Shown here piece by piece: positions 19,166 through 28,287 of a DNA stretch of 44,595 nt. The notes under the pieces are model-generated. The model was not told the DNA's origin and did no database searches. It saw only the letters and a list, made by a program, of their open reading frames with translations. The stretch is taken from the NCBI GenBank assembly GCA_003156495.1, contig PMHC01000083.1, positions 1 through 44,595 of the forward strand. Reading direction: 5' to 3'. This DNA is from Acidobacteriaceae bacterium (lineage in GTDB: Bacteria > Acidobacteriota > Terriglobia > Terriglobales > Acidobacteriaceae). The translations under genes and the position numbers were made by a program. Position 1 is the first letter of the stretch; each line of letters opens with the position of its first letter.

Positions 19166-19996
19166 TTATGCGGCGATCAGGGAGCCAAAGCCCTCTTGCG
19201 GAACGAGCGTGCGCGCCAGCATCGGCAACCGTTCCAGGCCGCCCTCGCTTGCATTCGGATCAATCTTGAGCGCTTCCTCGGCCGGAATCGGCACCACCGA
19301 GCAGCGGCAATTGAAACCGGACGGCGGATAAATCTTACGCCAAACGGGATCGATCGCGCGCGCAATAAAGCCATCGAGCGCCGCGTGCTCCGGCCGTACC
19401 CGCAGATCGCCTACCGTCCAGTATTGCCAAAAAGGCAGCGCGTCGACCATGTGTGGTTCGCTCATTTGTTCCAGACGCCCGGCGGAATAGATTTTCTGCA
19501 TCACCGTCTGAAAAGCTGTATCGAGCGTGAAAGCATTGATATTGGCCACGCCGGAGGCCGTCGTGAGCTGGTCGGCAGCTTTGCGAAAGTCGCTTGCCGT
19601 TTCGCCTTTCTTGGCACCCTCGGCCAGCGCATCTTGTACCTTCTGCACCAGGCGCAGATCGGCCGCGCCAGCAATCGTAAATGCGTTGCGGCGATACTGC
19701 GACGTGAGGCCATCGAAAATCTGCTTGGTAACCGGCGTCAGATCGCGGATGCGCTCGGCGGTTTCATCGCCGCCTACATCGAAGGCGGCACTCACCGTGT
19801 CATCGTCTTCGGCAAAGTGCACACGCCGCGAGGTGGTAGCCAGCGGCAACCGCCGATGCGTCTTGGCATAGGCGTGCCTGACCACCTGCAGACGGCCGAG
19901 CACGTCGGCCGCCGCCATGTGCCGCGCCAGCAGCGTGCCGAGCTGTTCGCGGAAGTTGGCATCGTGCGGCGCGGCGAGATGAACGCGGATCGCCAT
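19166..19996 (-). CDS. Head morphogenesis protein (Mu gpF / SPP1 gp7 family)
   Basis: AFTIAG, WQYWTVGDLRVRPEHAALDG, YPPSGFNCRCSV. Confidence 0.92.
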   Translation of the reverse strand: MAIRVHLAAPHDANFREQLGTLLARHMAAADVLGRLQVVRHAYAKTHRRLPLATTSRRVHFAEDDDTVSAAFDVGGDETAERIRDLTPVTKQIFDGLTSQYRRNAFTIAGAADLRLVQKVQDALAEGAKKGETASDFRKAADQLTTASGVANINAFTLDTAFQTVMQKIYSAGRLEQMSEPHMVDALPFWQYWTVGDLRVRPEHAALDGFIARAIDPVWRKIYPPSGFNCRCSVVPIPAEEALKIDPNASEGGLERLPMLARTLVPQEGFGSLIAA

Positions 19997-19997
19997 G

Positions 19998-21446
19998 CTA
20001 CTCGCTTACCTCGACCGGCTGCGCGGAGGCCGCGACTTGGCGCGTCCGATGCGCCAGCAGCGGATCGGCGCCTGTTTTGAGCTGCTCGACCAACTCGTCG
20101 AACTCGTGCTGTTCCTTTGCGTCCTCGGCAAAGGTATCGCCATCGTCCGGGGCGCCCAAGTTCGCGGGCGCTGCCGCGCTCGCACTAGGCACCAGTGGCA
20201 GGTCTGGATCTTCGCCTTTCACCAGCGGCACATCGTAACGATTGGACACGTAGCCGGCCGTTATCTGTTTGCCCATCTTCTGCACGCCCATGTCGACGAC
20301 CAGGCGGTCTTTCAGGTTCTCTTCTTCGCCAACGTTGAAGCTCCACTTCGGCATCGGCGCGTCCGGACCATAGTTCCACAGCACCAGCCGCCGAACGAGC
20401 TGAGAATTGATGACCGAAGCTACGGAACGCGCCAACTCGGCCACGCGCGTATCGAGCGTCTCGGTGTGTGTCTGCCCTTGCGCATTCGAGCCGTGGCCGC
20501 CCTCGTTGCCAAAGCTGGTCAGCGTCTCGCCGAGAATCTTTCGCGCAATCGAGTATTGCATCGCTTCAAAGAATTTCTCGTATGTGGCCGGATCTTGCGA
20601 ACGAGCGATTTTGAGCAGCTCGGTTTCAAATTTCAGATTTTGCGGTACCGCAATTGCGACACCGTCCACGATCGCCTGCGCAATACTAGCCGCCTGTTGC
20701 CGTTCTTCCACGTTGTCTGCATCGTTGTAGTACACAACTGCGGTGCCAGGGCCTTTTTCGGCGAACTTCAGCCACAACCGTTCCAGATTGCGCTTGAACC
20801 AACTCGGCCAGAATACCGACTTGAGGAGCGGCCGTCCCATACGATTGCGGCCGCGTTTACGATAGGTGAAGACCAGAAACTTTTCTTCGGGCACCAGATC
20901 ACCACTCGACGCCCAAGGTTGCTTCAGGAATTGCAGCGGTCCAATCTGCGGCTCATAGCGGCTGCCAAACAAGAAAAGCTCCTGCGGGCAGTCGTTGATG
21001 CCCACCAGAGATGCCTGGCCAGCGCTTGTATCGAAGACCTGTTCTTGCACGGTGAAGCCGTAGCCTGGCGCATCCAGGACACAATCCAAAACCGAGTGAA
21101 AATCCTCAACGTTGGCGAGCTGATCTTTGACAAACTGCGCCACATCGAGCGCGAGCTGGCTCTCGTCGCCGGGCGAGACATCGTGATCGCGCTCCAGCAC
21201 CTTCAGGCGCAGCGTTTCGAGAGCATCGGCGACATCCTCGTCCTTGTCTTCCAGCTCGCGGTAAAGCAGCATGGCCTGCGGATGGTTGTAGACCATCGTG
21301 GCCCAGATCATCGAAGGATTGCGGAGACCACCGAAAGCCAGCGAATTGCTATAGAGCGAGAGCTGCGATTGATACAGCGCTTCCTGCGTCACAATTTCGC
21401 CGCGCGGCGGCAGCGGCGGCGCTTGAAAGGTCTTTTCATCGGCCAT
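19998..21446 (-). CDS. Portal protein (Mu gp29-like)
   Basis: LDAPGYGFTVQE, GRPLLKSVFWP..FK, IARKILGETLT, GSNAQGQTH motifs; follows terL. Confidence 0.9.
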   Translation of the reverse strand: MADEKTFQAPPLPPRGEIVTQEALYQSQLSLYSNSLAFGGLRNPSMIWATMVYNHPQAMLLYRELEDKDEDVADALETLRLKVLERDHDVSPGDESQLALDVAQFVKDQLANVEDFHSVLDCVLDAPGYGFTVQEQVFDTSAGQASLVGINDCPQELFLFGSRYEPQIGPLQFLKQPWASSGDLVPEEKFLVFTYRKRGRNRMGRPLLKSVFWPSWFKRNLERLWLKFAEKGPGTAVVYYNDADNVEERQQAASIAQAIVDGVAIAVPQNLKFETELLKIARSQDPATYEKFFEAMQYSIARKILGETLTSFGNEGGHGSNAQGQTHTETLDTRVAELARSVASVINSQLVRRLVLWNYGPDAPMPKWSFNVGEEENLKDRLVVDMGVQKMGKQITAGYVSNRYDVPLVKGEDPDLPLVPSASAAAPANLGAPDDGDTFAEDAKEQHEFDELVEQLKTGADPLLAHRTRQVAASAQPVEVSE

Positions 21447-22942
21447 TAGAACAATCCTCCTAGCAGCGTGCTCGATGGCGCTACGCCGGTTGTTTCCATG
21501 CCCAGGCCGCAGACATCGACATCCGCGGCCAGATCGGCCAGTGCCTTGGCCCAGAACACATCAGCATGGGCAGTGAGTTTTTTCTTTTGTCCGCCGGCTA
21601 CGGCGCTATCGACCTCGATGCGCGGAGCGTCAAAGGTTACGCCGCTCGACGTTGCCTGGCGCTTGATCGCTTGAAACTCAGTGCGGATGCAGCCGTCGTA
21701 GGGGATGCGCGAACGCATTTTTTCAAGATTTCGTTTGATGCGAATCGCCAGATCGGTCTTTAGCCGAACGCCATTGTCGTTCGTGCCGCTGAAGCTCACG
21801 CCGAGAATCCGGCCAGGATTCGCTTCGTCAAAGTCGTCGTAAAGTCCAACGCCCATGCCCGTTTTGTCGATCGCCGTATGCCTCGTCAGCTTCACCACCG
21901 GATTCATGATCCTGAATTGATTCGGGAAGCTGATATTGTGCAGCCACGCCACCAGCCGCGTATGCGCGACATCGCCCAGTTTCTCGTCGAGCCACAGGCA
22001 GGTCGCATCGTGATCGCGGGCCACATCGATTCCGGCCGACAGCGGACCGTGCTTGCCGTCGGCTAATTTCTCGGCAAAATCTTTCAGCGCCGTTACCGGC
22101 GAGGTGTGATCGAGATGTATTAGCGTCGCGCCCAGGTCGTTGTCTTCGCAGGCAGCGATCAAATCGAGCGTCAGCCACGCGCCGGTGGCTTTCAGGAAGG
22201 TGCAGCAAAATTCCTGGTTCCATGTATCGTCGTCGTTCAAGCCGAGGCGCATTTCCTCGATGTTGATTGGGCAGCCTTCGCGCACGGCCATGTACACATC
22301 GACCCAGTGGCCGCTCCAGCCGTCTTTCTTGACCGGCAACTCGGATGGCGCGACGCCCAGGTCGAGTCCGAGCTGGCGCGCGATGTCGTAAAACTTTCCC
22401 TGTTCGCCGTTGGGCGTCGAGAGTACGCGCAGCTTGTGGCCGAGTGCGACCTGGCGGAAGACCGCGGCGAAGATGGCATAGCTGTCTTCGTGATGCGCGA
22501 ATTCGTCCAGGATGGCGTTACCGGGATAGCCGCGCGCCGTACGTGGATTCGCCGGCAGCGCGATGATCCGCGAACCGTTCGGAAAGCTGATGCGCTGCTG
22601 TATGGCCTCGATCCGGCCCAGCGTGTCGATAAAATCTTCGTCCTGATAGAGCTGCGCCGTGCCGCCCATGAGCTGCAGGTTCTTCTGGCAGGTCTCGATG
22701 AATTCCGTCGACTGCGCTTTCGACGCGCTCAGAACAGTCCACGTATCATTCGGACGGATCAGGCAACCATCCTCGTCGCTCATGATGGCTTCGAGGCCCG
22801 TGGCGTAGCTGTAGCCAATACGCGCCGACTTCACTGCGGCCTTGAATCGTGTGTGATCGTCGATCCAACGCTGCTGATAGCCCCGGAGCTGAATCACCGG
22901 CGGCAGCTTGATCTCTTTTTTCGGAAACTCGAAACTAGGCAT
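21446..22942 (-). CDS. Terminase large subunit (Mu gp28-like)
   Basis: LRGYQQRWI, KSARIGYS, AILDEFAH, STPNG, GIDVAR..D, IDKTGMG, HADVFWA. Confidence 0.93.
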   Translation of the reverse strand: MPSFEFPKKEIKLPPVIQLRGYQQRWIDDHTRFKAAVKSARIGYSYATGLEAIMSDEDGCLIRPNDTWTVLSASKAQSTEFIETCQKNLQLMGGTAQLYQDEDFIDTLGRIEAIQQRISFPNGSRIIALPANPRTARGYPGNAILDEFAHHEDSYAIFAAVFRQVALGHKLRVLSTPNGEQGKFYDIARQLGLDLGVAPSELPVKKDGWSGHWVDVYMAVREGCPINIEEMRLGLNDDDTWNQEFCCTFLKATGAWLTLDLIAACEDNDLGATLIHLDHTSPVTALKDFAEKLADGKHGPLSAGIDVARDHDATCLWLDEKLGDVAHTRLVAWLHNISFPNQFRIMNPVVKLTRHTAIDKTGMGVGLYDDFDEANPGRILGVSFSGTNDNGVRLKTDLAIRIKRNLEKMRSRIPYDGCIRTEFQAIKRQATSSGVTFDAPRIEVDSAVAGGQKKKLTAHADVFWAKALADLAADVDVCGLGMETTGVAPSSTLLGGLF

Positions 22943-23651
22943 GAGCCGGAGCCTCCGAGGCTACCGGCGGCAGCCCGAAGACGCGCTCGCGGAGCCGGTT
23001 AATGTCTTCGACCGTCAGCTCGCCCTTGCGCAGCTTGCCGGCTGCCTTTTCCGTCTCGGCCTCCATCTGCTTGCGTTTCTGCTCGGCTTCCAGCTCAAGC
23101 TGAGCAACGCGTCGCTCATCGACAGCCACTCGACGCTCCTGGATCTCGACACGCTGAATGCGCGTCATGGCGAGCGTAAGATTCTCCAGATTTTTTACAA
23201 AGAGCAATTTATTGCCCGCGCTGGCGCTCTGCATCAAGGCAAAGACTTGGTCGCGCAGGGCATTCACCACTGCGGCGTTGGCACCGTCAAGATCGCATTT
23301 GGCAAAAGCCGCCGCGAACTCGCGCGCCTGCGCGCTCTCGCGCAACACGAACTGCCTGGCTTGTCGCACACGTAGATCGAACCAGCGTTGCAGTGTGGAT
23401 TTCGGCAGCTTCATGTCGGGGAACTGCTCCAACACTTTCAAATCGAGCGTTTCCCAATCGACAAAACCGCCGGCATCTTCTTTCCACTTTTCGCTAAATG
23501 GACGCGCAGACTGCTCCGCGATCTCAAGCCAGGTGTGGCCGCTATCGTAGAGCGTCTGGATCGCGTCGCGCGCACTCTGCGGCAACAAGTCGATCTTGAG
23601 CGGTTGATGCTTCACACGCGGTTCGCCGGTTTTTGGTCTGGGCTTGGTCAT
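22935..23651 (-). CDS. Terminase small subunit (Mu gp27-like)
   Basis: KIDLLPQSAR N-terminus, KSTLQRW HTH, coiled-coil C-terminus ending RERVFGL; precedes terL. Confidence 0.75.
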   Translation of the reverse strand: MTKPRPKTGEPRVKHQPLKIDLLPQSARDAIQTLYDSGHTWLEIAEQSARPFSEKWKEDAGGFVDWETLDLKVLEQFPDMKLPKSTLQRWFDLRVRQARQFVLRESAQAREFAAAFAKCDLDGANAAVVNALRDQVFALMQSASAGNKLLFVKNLENLTLAMTRIQRVEIQERRVAVDERRVAQLELEAEQKRKQMEAETEKAAGKLRKGELTVEDINRLRERVFGLPPVASEAPAHA

Positions 23652-23653
23652 GT

Positions 23654-23986
23654 CTAGGCAAACAGCACATCGTCGTTGCTACGCCCTGCCGTCACAAAGC
23701 GCAGGCCAGTAGCTGTTAGCTGGATCATGCTCAGCTCGACTCGGCCGGTGATCTCATTGGTCTGGGACTTGAAGTCGATGTAATCGAGCACCTGTAGATC
23801 CTGAAGAAGCGTGACGACCTGGTCGCGCCCCACCGTCTGCCCAAGTTTCTGCAGCATGGCCCAGACCTCGAAATCGTCCATCCGCGAGAACTGATTCTCG
23901 TGGCCCTGCCGGACGAGCTTCAAGATGATTCCGCGCCGGCGCCGCGCCTGGATCAACCCCCGCTCCGATGCGAATTCAATTCCCAT
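23654..23986 (-). CDS. Mu gp26-like winged-helix protein
   Basis: RRGIILKLV...RDQVVTLLQDL...LTATGLRFV; position upstream of terS. Confidence 0.65.
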   Translation of the reverse strand: MGIEFASERGLIQARRRRGIILKLVRQGHENQFSRMDDFEVWAMLQKLGQTVGRDQVVTLLQDLQVLDYIDFKSQTNEITGRVELSMIQLTATGLRFVTAGRSNDDVLFA

Positions 23987-24512
23987 GACGTTCCGTCTCC
24001 TCTGCTGTATCCAGCCGTGCGTGCAAACGCTCTACCGAGTTCGACAACGACTGTAAGACCTGGTCCTGCTGGTCAAATCTCTCGTATACACTCGGAAATT
24101 CGCGCGCCGCGTAAATCGCCATTCGCTCGACCTCCTCGAATTGGCGCTTGCCCTGCTCGGCCAGATCGCTCGTCGCATTGGCCATCTTGGTCTGCGCTTC
24201 CGCCGTCTGGTGCGTGCTGGTGACGATGGAATTAAAGCTGGTCGAGATGATGTCAAGCAGGCGCGAGAAAAATGGCGCCAGCAAAGCTAGCGCGATGATC
24301 GCTACGACCGGCCAAGGCCCCCAGGAAGTCAGAAGCTGAAATCCCTCGACCGGCTGCCGTTGGATCAAGCCAAAAGCTGCCAGAACCAGGGCGGCCCCTC
24401 CAGCCGAACTCAAACCGACCTTCACGTACCGTAGCCACCCCGAACGAAAGCCAGCCGAGATCTCGCTCGGCATCTTTGCAGCCCCCAGATCCAGCGTCGT
24501 CATCGTGCCCAA
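23976..24512 (-). CDS. Membrane protein with coiled-coil C-terminus (Mu gp25 position)
   Basis: Two hydrophobic segments then heptad-like tail; purine-rich SD. Confidence 0.65.
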   Translation of the reverse strand: MGTMTTLDLGAAKMPSEISAGFRSGWLRYVKVGLSSAGGAALVLAAFGLIQRQPVEGFQLLTSWGPWPVVAIIALALLAPFFSRLLDIISTSFNSIVTSTHQTAEAQTKMANATSDLAEQGKRQFEEVERMAIYAAREFPSVYERFDQQDQVLQSLSNSVERLHARLDTAEETERHGN

Positions 24513-24686
24513 CTCCCCCTCCTCAGCTTTCGAACTCTTGGCGTCATCAAACCTCTCCCCGTACCCCTCAACGCTGCCACGTAAAAATACCCCAGGCGCA
24601 TACCTTTTGCATGGGTGGTACGTTCCCCTCAGTTGGCTTTTTCGATGCCTTAAAACGCCTTAATACGATTTCTCCCTTTTGGCCGC

Positions 24687-24980
24687 TCAATCCACCCTTT
24701 TGCCGCCTTTGATGGGGCCGTAAACGACCAGCGCCAATAAATCGTTTGGATAGTACGCTTTCCAGTATTTCGGCCACCGAATAACACGGCAAAAAAGCAT
24801 TTTTGCGACCGGGACGTACCGCCAGGAGATGTTCAGATCGCCCCCGGTCTCTCCCATAAAATCGGAGAATTTCATACTCAAATATTTCGCGGATCGAGCC
24901 TTGATACGTTCCCAATGGGCGCGATCAATCTCCTGAAACTCGAAATGCTGCTCGGGATATCCTTCCTTTTTCATCCGCAT
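24687..24980 (-). CDS. Hypothetical protein, AT-richer insert
   Basis: 97-aa ORF co-oriented with the late operon, filling the gap after a hairpin. Confidence 0.5.
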   Translation of the reverse strand: MRMKKEGYPEQHFEFQEIDRAHWERIKARSAKYLSMKFSDFMGETGGDLNISWRYVPVAKMLFCRVIRWPKYWKAYYPNDLLALVVYGPIKGGKRVD

Positions 24981-25005
24981 TTTCCGTAGAGACAGACTGC
25001 CGGAT

Positions 25006-25036
25006 CGGGTAAGGGCGCAACAGGCTCCCTTACCCG
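25006..25036. other. 10-bp stem hairpin
   Basis: CGGGTAAGGG...CCCTTACCCG without a U-tract. Confidence 0.55.
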
Positions 25037-25047
25037 CCGACTCCTTA

Positions 25048-25506
25048 TTAAGCGGGAGTGCCGAAGCTGATGGCGATCGAAGCCGTTCGCCCGGTCGGTT
25101 TGGCTACGGTGACGGTGCCCGTCGCGCTAAAGGTCTGCACGGTGCCGTCAGCGTCGGTCACCACGGCGCTCACGGAAACCGTCGCAGTGCCGGCAGCCAC
25201 GGCCGCAATTGTGGCCGAGCCATCGGCGCTGTCTGTCAACGTGGCGATCGATAAGTCGCTGACCGAAAACGTCTGACTCGTAATCGTGGCGCTGGGGGTT
25301 TGTGTGGTGCCGTCGGCTTCCAGCGGAATAACCGACGCGACGACCGATTGACCGGCCGTCTCAGAAATGGAATTCAAAGTGCCCATCTGCTTCTCTCCTT
25401 GAAACAAAATTGCAACTGCGGTTGTGTGTTTCCGTTTACGGCGATGCCAGTGTCGAAAGATCCACCACTTCCATGCGCGATTTTTCTTCCCTTTGTCCAT
25501 CGCCAA
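25048..25506 (-). CDS. Ig-like domain protein
   Basis: FSVSDLSIATL...ATIAAVAAGTATVSV Ig (Big_2-type) pattern; start uncertain, second ATG at 25386 follows AAGGAGAG. Confidence 0.65.
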   Translation of the reverse strand: MAMDKGKKNRAWKWWIFRHWHRRKRKHTTAVAILFQGEKQMGTLNSISETAGQSVVASVIPLEADGTTQTPSATITSQTFSVSDLSIATLTDSADGSATIAAVAAGTATVSVSAVVTDADGTVQTFSATGTVTVAKPTGRTASIAISFGTPA

Positions 25507-25522
25507 TTCCTTGCGAAATCCC

Positions 25523-26293
25523 TTAACCGATCTCTTGCAGAATCGAGAGCACCGCTTCCTGCTTCGCCGCCGGCCACAGCTTCAGCATCGATGCCCACAG
25601 CAGCACATGACACTCGTCCACGTACTTTTGCCACCAAGCAAGCGTCGCCGGCTGATTCTCACCCCAGGTGACGAACTGAATCTTGCCGTCAGCGGTGTAT
25701 TTCGGCGCGACCATGCAGTGGCCACCCCAGCCGCCTGGCGTCCCTTGCTGGCCGCTCACCACATCCCATAGACCAGAGCTTTGCGCGGAAAGCGGCAATT
25801 CTGCGCCCATGTAAACAGATTTGAAATAGGCAATTGCCTTGCGGACGTGGTCCAGGTTTTGTGGATCGGGCGAGACATATCCAAGCAGCGTGTCGCCGGC
25901 AAAGCCGTCGCGCTTGATGCCGGCCAGGATGTCCATCTCAATGCCGCCCTGGTCTGTGTTTGGATCGTTGGGATCGTAGCCGCAGTATTTCTTGTATGCG
26001 CCCTCGACAATGCTGTCGAGCGCCGTAACGATCTTGCCCTCGGCCAGCGTCGCCACCTGCAACGAATGCGCGAGCCCGGCGATCGTACAGTCACCAAGAC
26101 CATCCGGCGCGCTAGGCGGGTTGTTTGGATCGGGACCGTTGAGCATCATGCCCCAGTCGGTAACGCCGTCGGTATTGTCGGCTGCGGCGGGAGGCGCGGG
26201 CAGCAAAGCCATAACCTTATGCGCCGCCAGCCGGTGAGCTGCGCTGTGCCGCACAATGGGGCGGCCTAATTTTAACTGCGATCGATCGATCAT
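25523..26293 (-). CDS. Papain-like cysteine peptidase
   Basis: LGDCTIAG (Cys), DQGG, WGGHCM (His), VTWG; ATG 26293 with SD GGAGG overlaps the upstream stop. Confidence 0.7.
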   Translation of the reverse strand: MIDRSQLKLGRPIVRHSAAHRLAAHKVMALLPAPPAAADNTDGVTDWGMMLNGPDPNNPPSAPDGLGDCTIAGLAHSLQVATLAEGKIVTALDSIVEGAYKKYCGYDPNDPNTDQGGIEMDILAGIKRDGFAGDTLLGYVSPDPQNLDHVRKAIAYFKSVYMGAELPLSAQSSGLWDVVSGQQGTPGGWGGHCMVAPKYTADGKIQFVTWGENQPATLAWWQKYVDECHVLLWASMLKLWPAAKQEAVLSILQEIG

Positions 26294-26541
26294 GATTCCT
26301 CCGCGAACCATTTGTCGAGCGTGGACTTGATCTTCCCTTCGGCTACTTTCGGATACCTTGGCACGTCGATCTTCATAACCTGTGCGGCAGCATCGTAGGC
26401 ATAGTCGATCTCGACCTCGCCGAGAATCGTGTCGTGGGTGATCGTCCCCGACGGCAAAGGCAGAGTCACGCCGGTTGCCGCCAGCTTTTGCTGCTTGGCG
26501 GCGACCTGCTCAGGCGTGAGGTGATAGGTAAGCGTGTCCAT
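26290..26541 (-). CDS. Hypothetical protein
   Basis: ATG 26541 with SD TAAGGA; ATGA coupling to the peptidase gene. Confidence 0.65.
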   Translation of the reverse strand: MDTLTYHLTPEQVAAKQQKLAATGVTLPLPSGTITHDTILGEVEIDYAYDAAAQVMKIDVPRYPKVAEGKIKSTLDKWFAEES

Positions 26542-26553
26542 ACGATTCCTTAC

Positions 26554-26621
26554 TTGCGCGGGCTGGAGGCACTCCAATCGGATTGGGTTATGAGCCCGTC
26601 GATTGGAGACAGCCCGCGCAA
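26554..26621. other. Long intergenic stem-loop
   Basis: TTGCGCGGGCTG/CAGCCCGCGCAA (12 bp) enclosing CTCCAATCG/CGATTGGAG (9 bp). Confidence 0.75.
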
Positions 26622-26627
26622 ACTTAG

Positions 26628-26825
26628 TTAGGGGAGCGGCTTAGGAATCGGCGCGCCCGGTACAGGCGGCGGCGGCGGTACAAGATTCGGCGCACCAGGT
26701 GCAGGCGGCGGTGGCGGCCCAGGATTCGGCTGATTCGGATCAGGCGGAATCGGCGGCCCTGGAACGACGGGTATGGCTTCTGCAACATCCTCAAGCGCAT
26801 GTCCGATTTTTCCAAAGAAACTCAT
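26628..26825 (-). CDS. Small proline-rich protein
   Basis: SD GAGGAG; amphipathic MSFFGKIGHALEDVAEAI followed by a Pro-rich tail. Confidence 0.65.
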   Translation of the reverse strand: MSFFGKIGHALEDVAEAIPVVPGPPIPPDPNQPNPGPPPPPAPGAPNLVPPPPPVPGAPIPKPLP

Positions 26826-26900
26826 AATGCTCCTCTCATTTGTTTGTTACGGGTTAACGCGGATTGCAGTGCTTCTTTTCGCGAGTGCTGCGCAAGCTGG

Positions 26901-27749
26901 TTAAAATCCCAGCGCTTCAGCTTGCCACAGCGCTACCGCATACGGCGCGCCTGCGGTGCTGGCAATCATCTGCCGGTCGCTTGCGCTCCAATACCCCGCG
27001 ACCGCCTTGAGATGGATTGCGCGTTTCGATGCTTTGGCTTTTACTTCGCTCGTCGACTCAGTCGAGGAAACGTAGCCGTCAATGACATGCACCGCCGCAT
27101 CCAGCGATGCAATTACCACAACGCCAGCCGAGCGGCTGTTGCTATTCTTCACGGATGCAGTCTGGAGCAGCGCATCGGTATCTTCAACGGCTGTATCCAC
27201 TAGCGCCTTGATATTGCTCCACGCTGTCGTTTTGGTCGCGCTCGATGTTGCCGAAAGATAATCGGAGAGTGGTTTTTCCAAGTTCGTCAGGTCGGTTTCG
27301 ACGGTCGTTAGAGCGCTGGTCGCGCTCGCCGAATCCGAACCGTTGGTACTTACCGCCGAATAGATCGTGATGGCCTCGTTCAACAGGCTCACGGCCGTCG
27401 GCAGGTAGGCGTTGATCTCGGTCACAACCTTGTTCACGTCGCTGGCTGAGCAGCCGGCCGTAGGCAGAGTGCCCAAGGTCAGAAGCACGATGAGCATCCA
27501 GGCCCCGAGCTTGGCCTGCGTGCCGGTCGAGCCACTGTTGTTCGTCGCGCTTCCCGAGCCGGGATCTTTGGCGAGCAACCCAAGCAACGCCGTGGCCAGC
27601 GCGGAGATGAGCGTGACGAGCGTGCCGGTTCCCGCCGTGCCCAGTGTGATGCCCTGTTGCGACAGCACTCCGGCAACGGTTGCAACGCAAATCAGCAAGC
27701 CAGCCACCGAGGTCTTCGGATGTTTCCAAATGTTCGAGATGAGATTCAT
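26901..27749 (-). CDS. Holin-like N-terminus fused to a lipoprotein-like domain
   Basis: ATG 27749 with SD GGAGGAGG; KTSVAGLL...LLGLLAKD two-TM unit, linker, third hydrophobic helix ending TAGC; directly after the endolysin. Confidence 0.6.
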   Translation of the reverse strand: MNLISNIWKHPKTSVAGLLICVATVAGVLSQQGITLGTAGTGTLVTLISALATALLGLLAKDPGSGSATNNSGSTGTQAKLGAWMLIVLLTLGTLPTAGCSASDVNKVVTEINAYLPTAVSLLNEAITIYSAVSTNGSDSASATSALTTVETDLTNLEKPLSDYLSATSSATKTTAWSNIKALVDTAVEDTDALLQTASVKNSNSRSAGVVVIASLDAAVHVIDGYVSSTESTSEVKAKASKRAIHLKAVAGYWSASDRQMIASTAGAPYAVALWQAEALGF

Positions 27750-27783
27750 TGATTCCTCCTCCGGGGCAAACCCGGCATTTGCA

Positions 27784-28287
27784 TTAAGCCGCTGTCTGTG
27801 CGGCCGCCGGACCGTCCGGCTGGAGGTCGTATTGCGTAAGGTCAAACTCCGCTATCAGCGCACGGAGCGACGCGGCATATTGCGGGTTGGTCGAATACCC
27901 ACAAAGCTGTAGCTCAGCACAAAAATGCGAGGGATCGTCCGCCACGATCATGGCCGGACGGTAGCGGGATGTCAGCGCCAGCAGCACCGCGTGCGCGGCG
28001 AAACAATCAGTTGGCGATGCGTAGCGCGCGAACTTCGCCATCTCGGCCGTGCGCCGGCCGTCCACAAACTCGCTGGTTTTGAACTCCGCATAGCTGTCGG
28101 CCTGCGCGTGAGCGACCGCTTTGATGCCGAAAAAGTTGTTGGCTTGCTGCGCCAGAGCGGATTTTCCCCATCCACTTTCGAGGATGGCCTGCGCGATGGT
28201 CACGCTCGCCGGCACGCTCCATTTCTTCTGCGCCGCCTGCGCTGCCGGAGCCACCATTTTCAAAAACAAATTCTGCTGAGTGTTCAT
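27784..28287 (-). CDS. Endolysin, GH73 glucosaminidase (FlgJ-like)
   Basis: VPASVTIAQAILESGWG, NNFFGIKA, GYSTNPQYA; start probably ATG 28287. Confidence 0.92.
   Translation of the reverse strand: MNTQQNLFLKMVAPAAQAAQKKWSVPASVTIAQAILESGWGKSALAQQANNFFGIKAVAHAQADSYAEFKTSEFVDGRRTAEMAKFARYASPTDCFAAHAVLLALTSRYRPAMIVADDPSHFCAELQLCGYSTNPQYAASLRALIAEFDLTQYDLQPDGPAAAQTAA

Noticed and set aside
17499-21449. Long plus-strand ORFs (17499..18935, 19196..20080, 19995..21449)
   Set aside because: Antisense shadows of the protease, gpF and portal genes; expected in GC-rich coding DNA, no motifs
24568-24915. 115-aa alternative-frame ORF
   Set aside because: Mostly overlaps 24687..24980; only its last 40 codons are a plausible separate gene
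26628-26780. GGCGGC-rich stretch as a DNA tandem repeat
   Set aside because: Simply encodes polyproline
26839-26904. Imperfect inverted repeat after the holin fusion
   Set aside because: Pairs well only on the non-coding strand via G-U; weak on the mRNA
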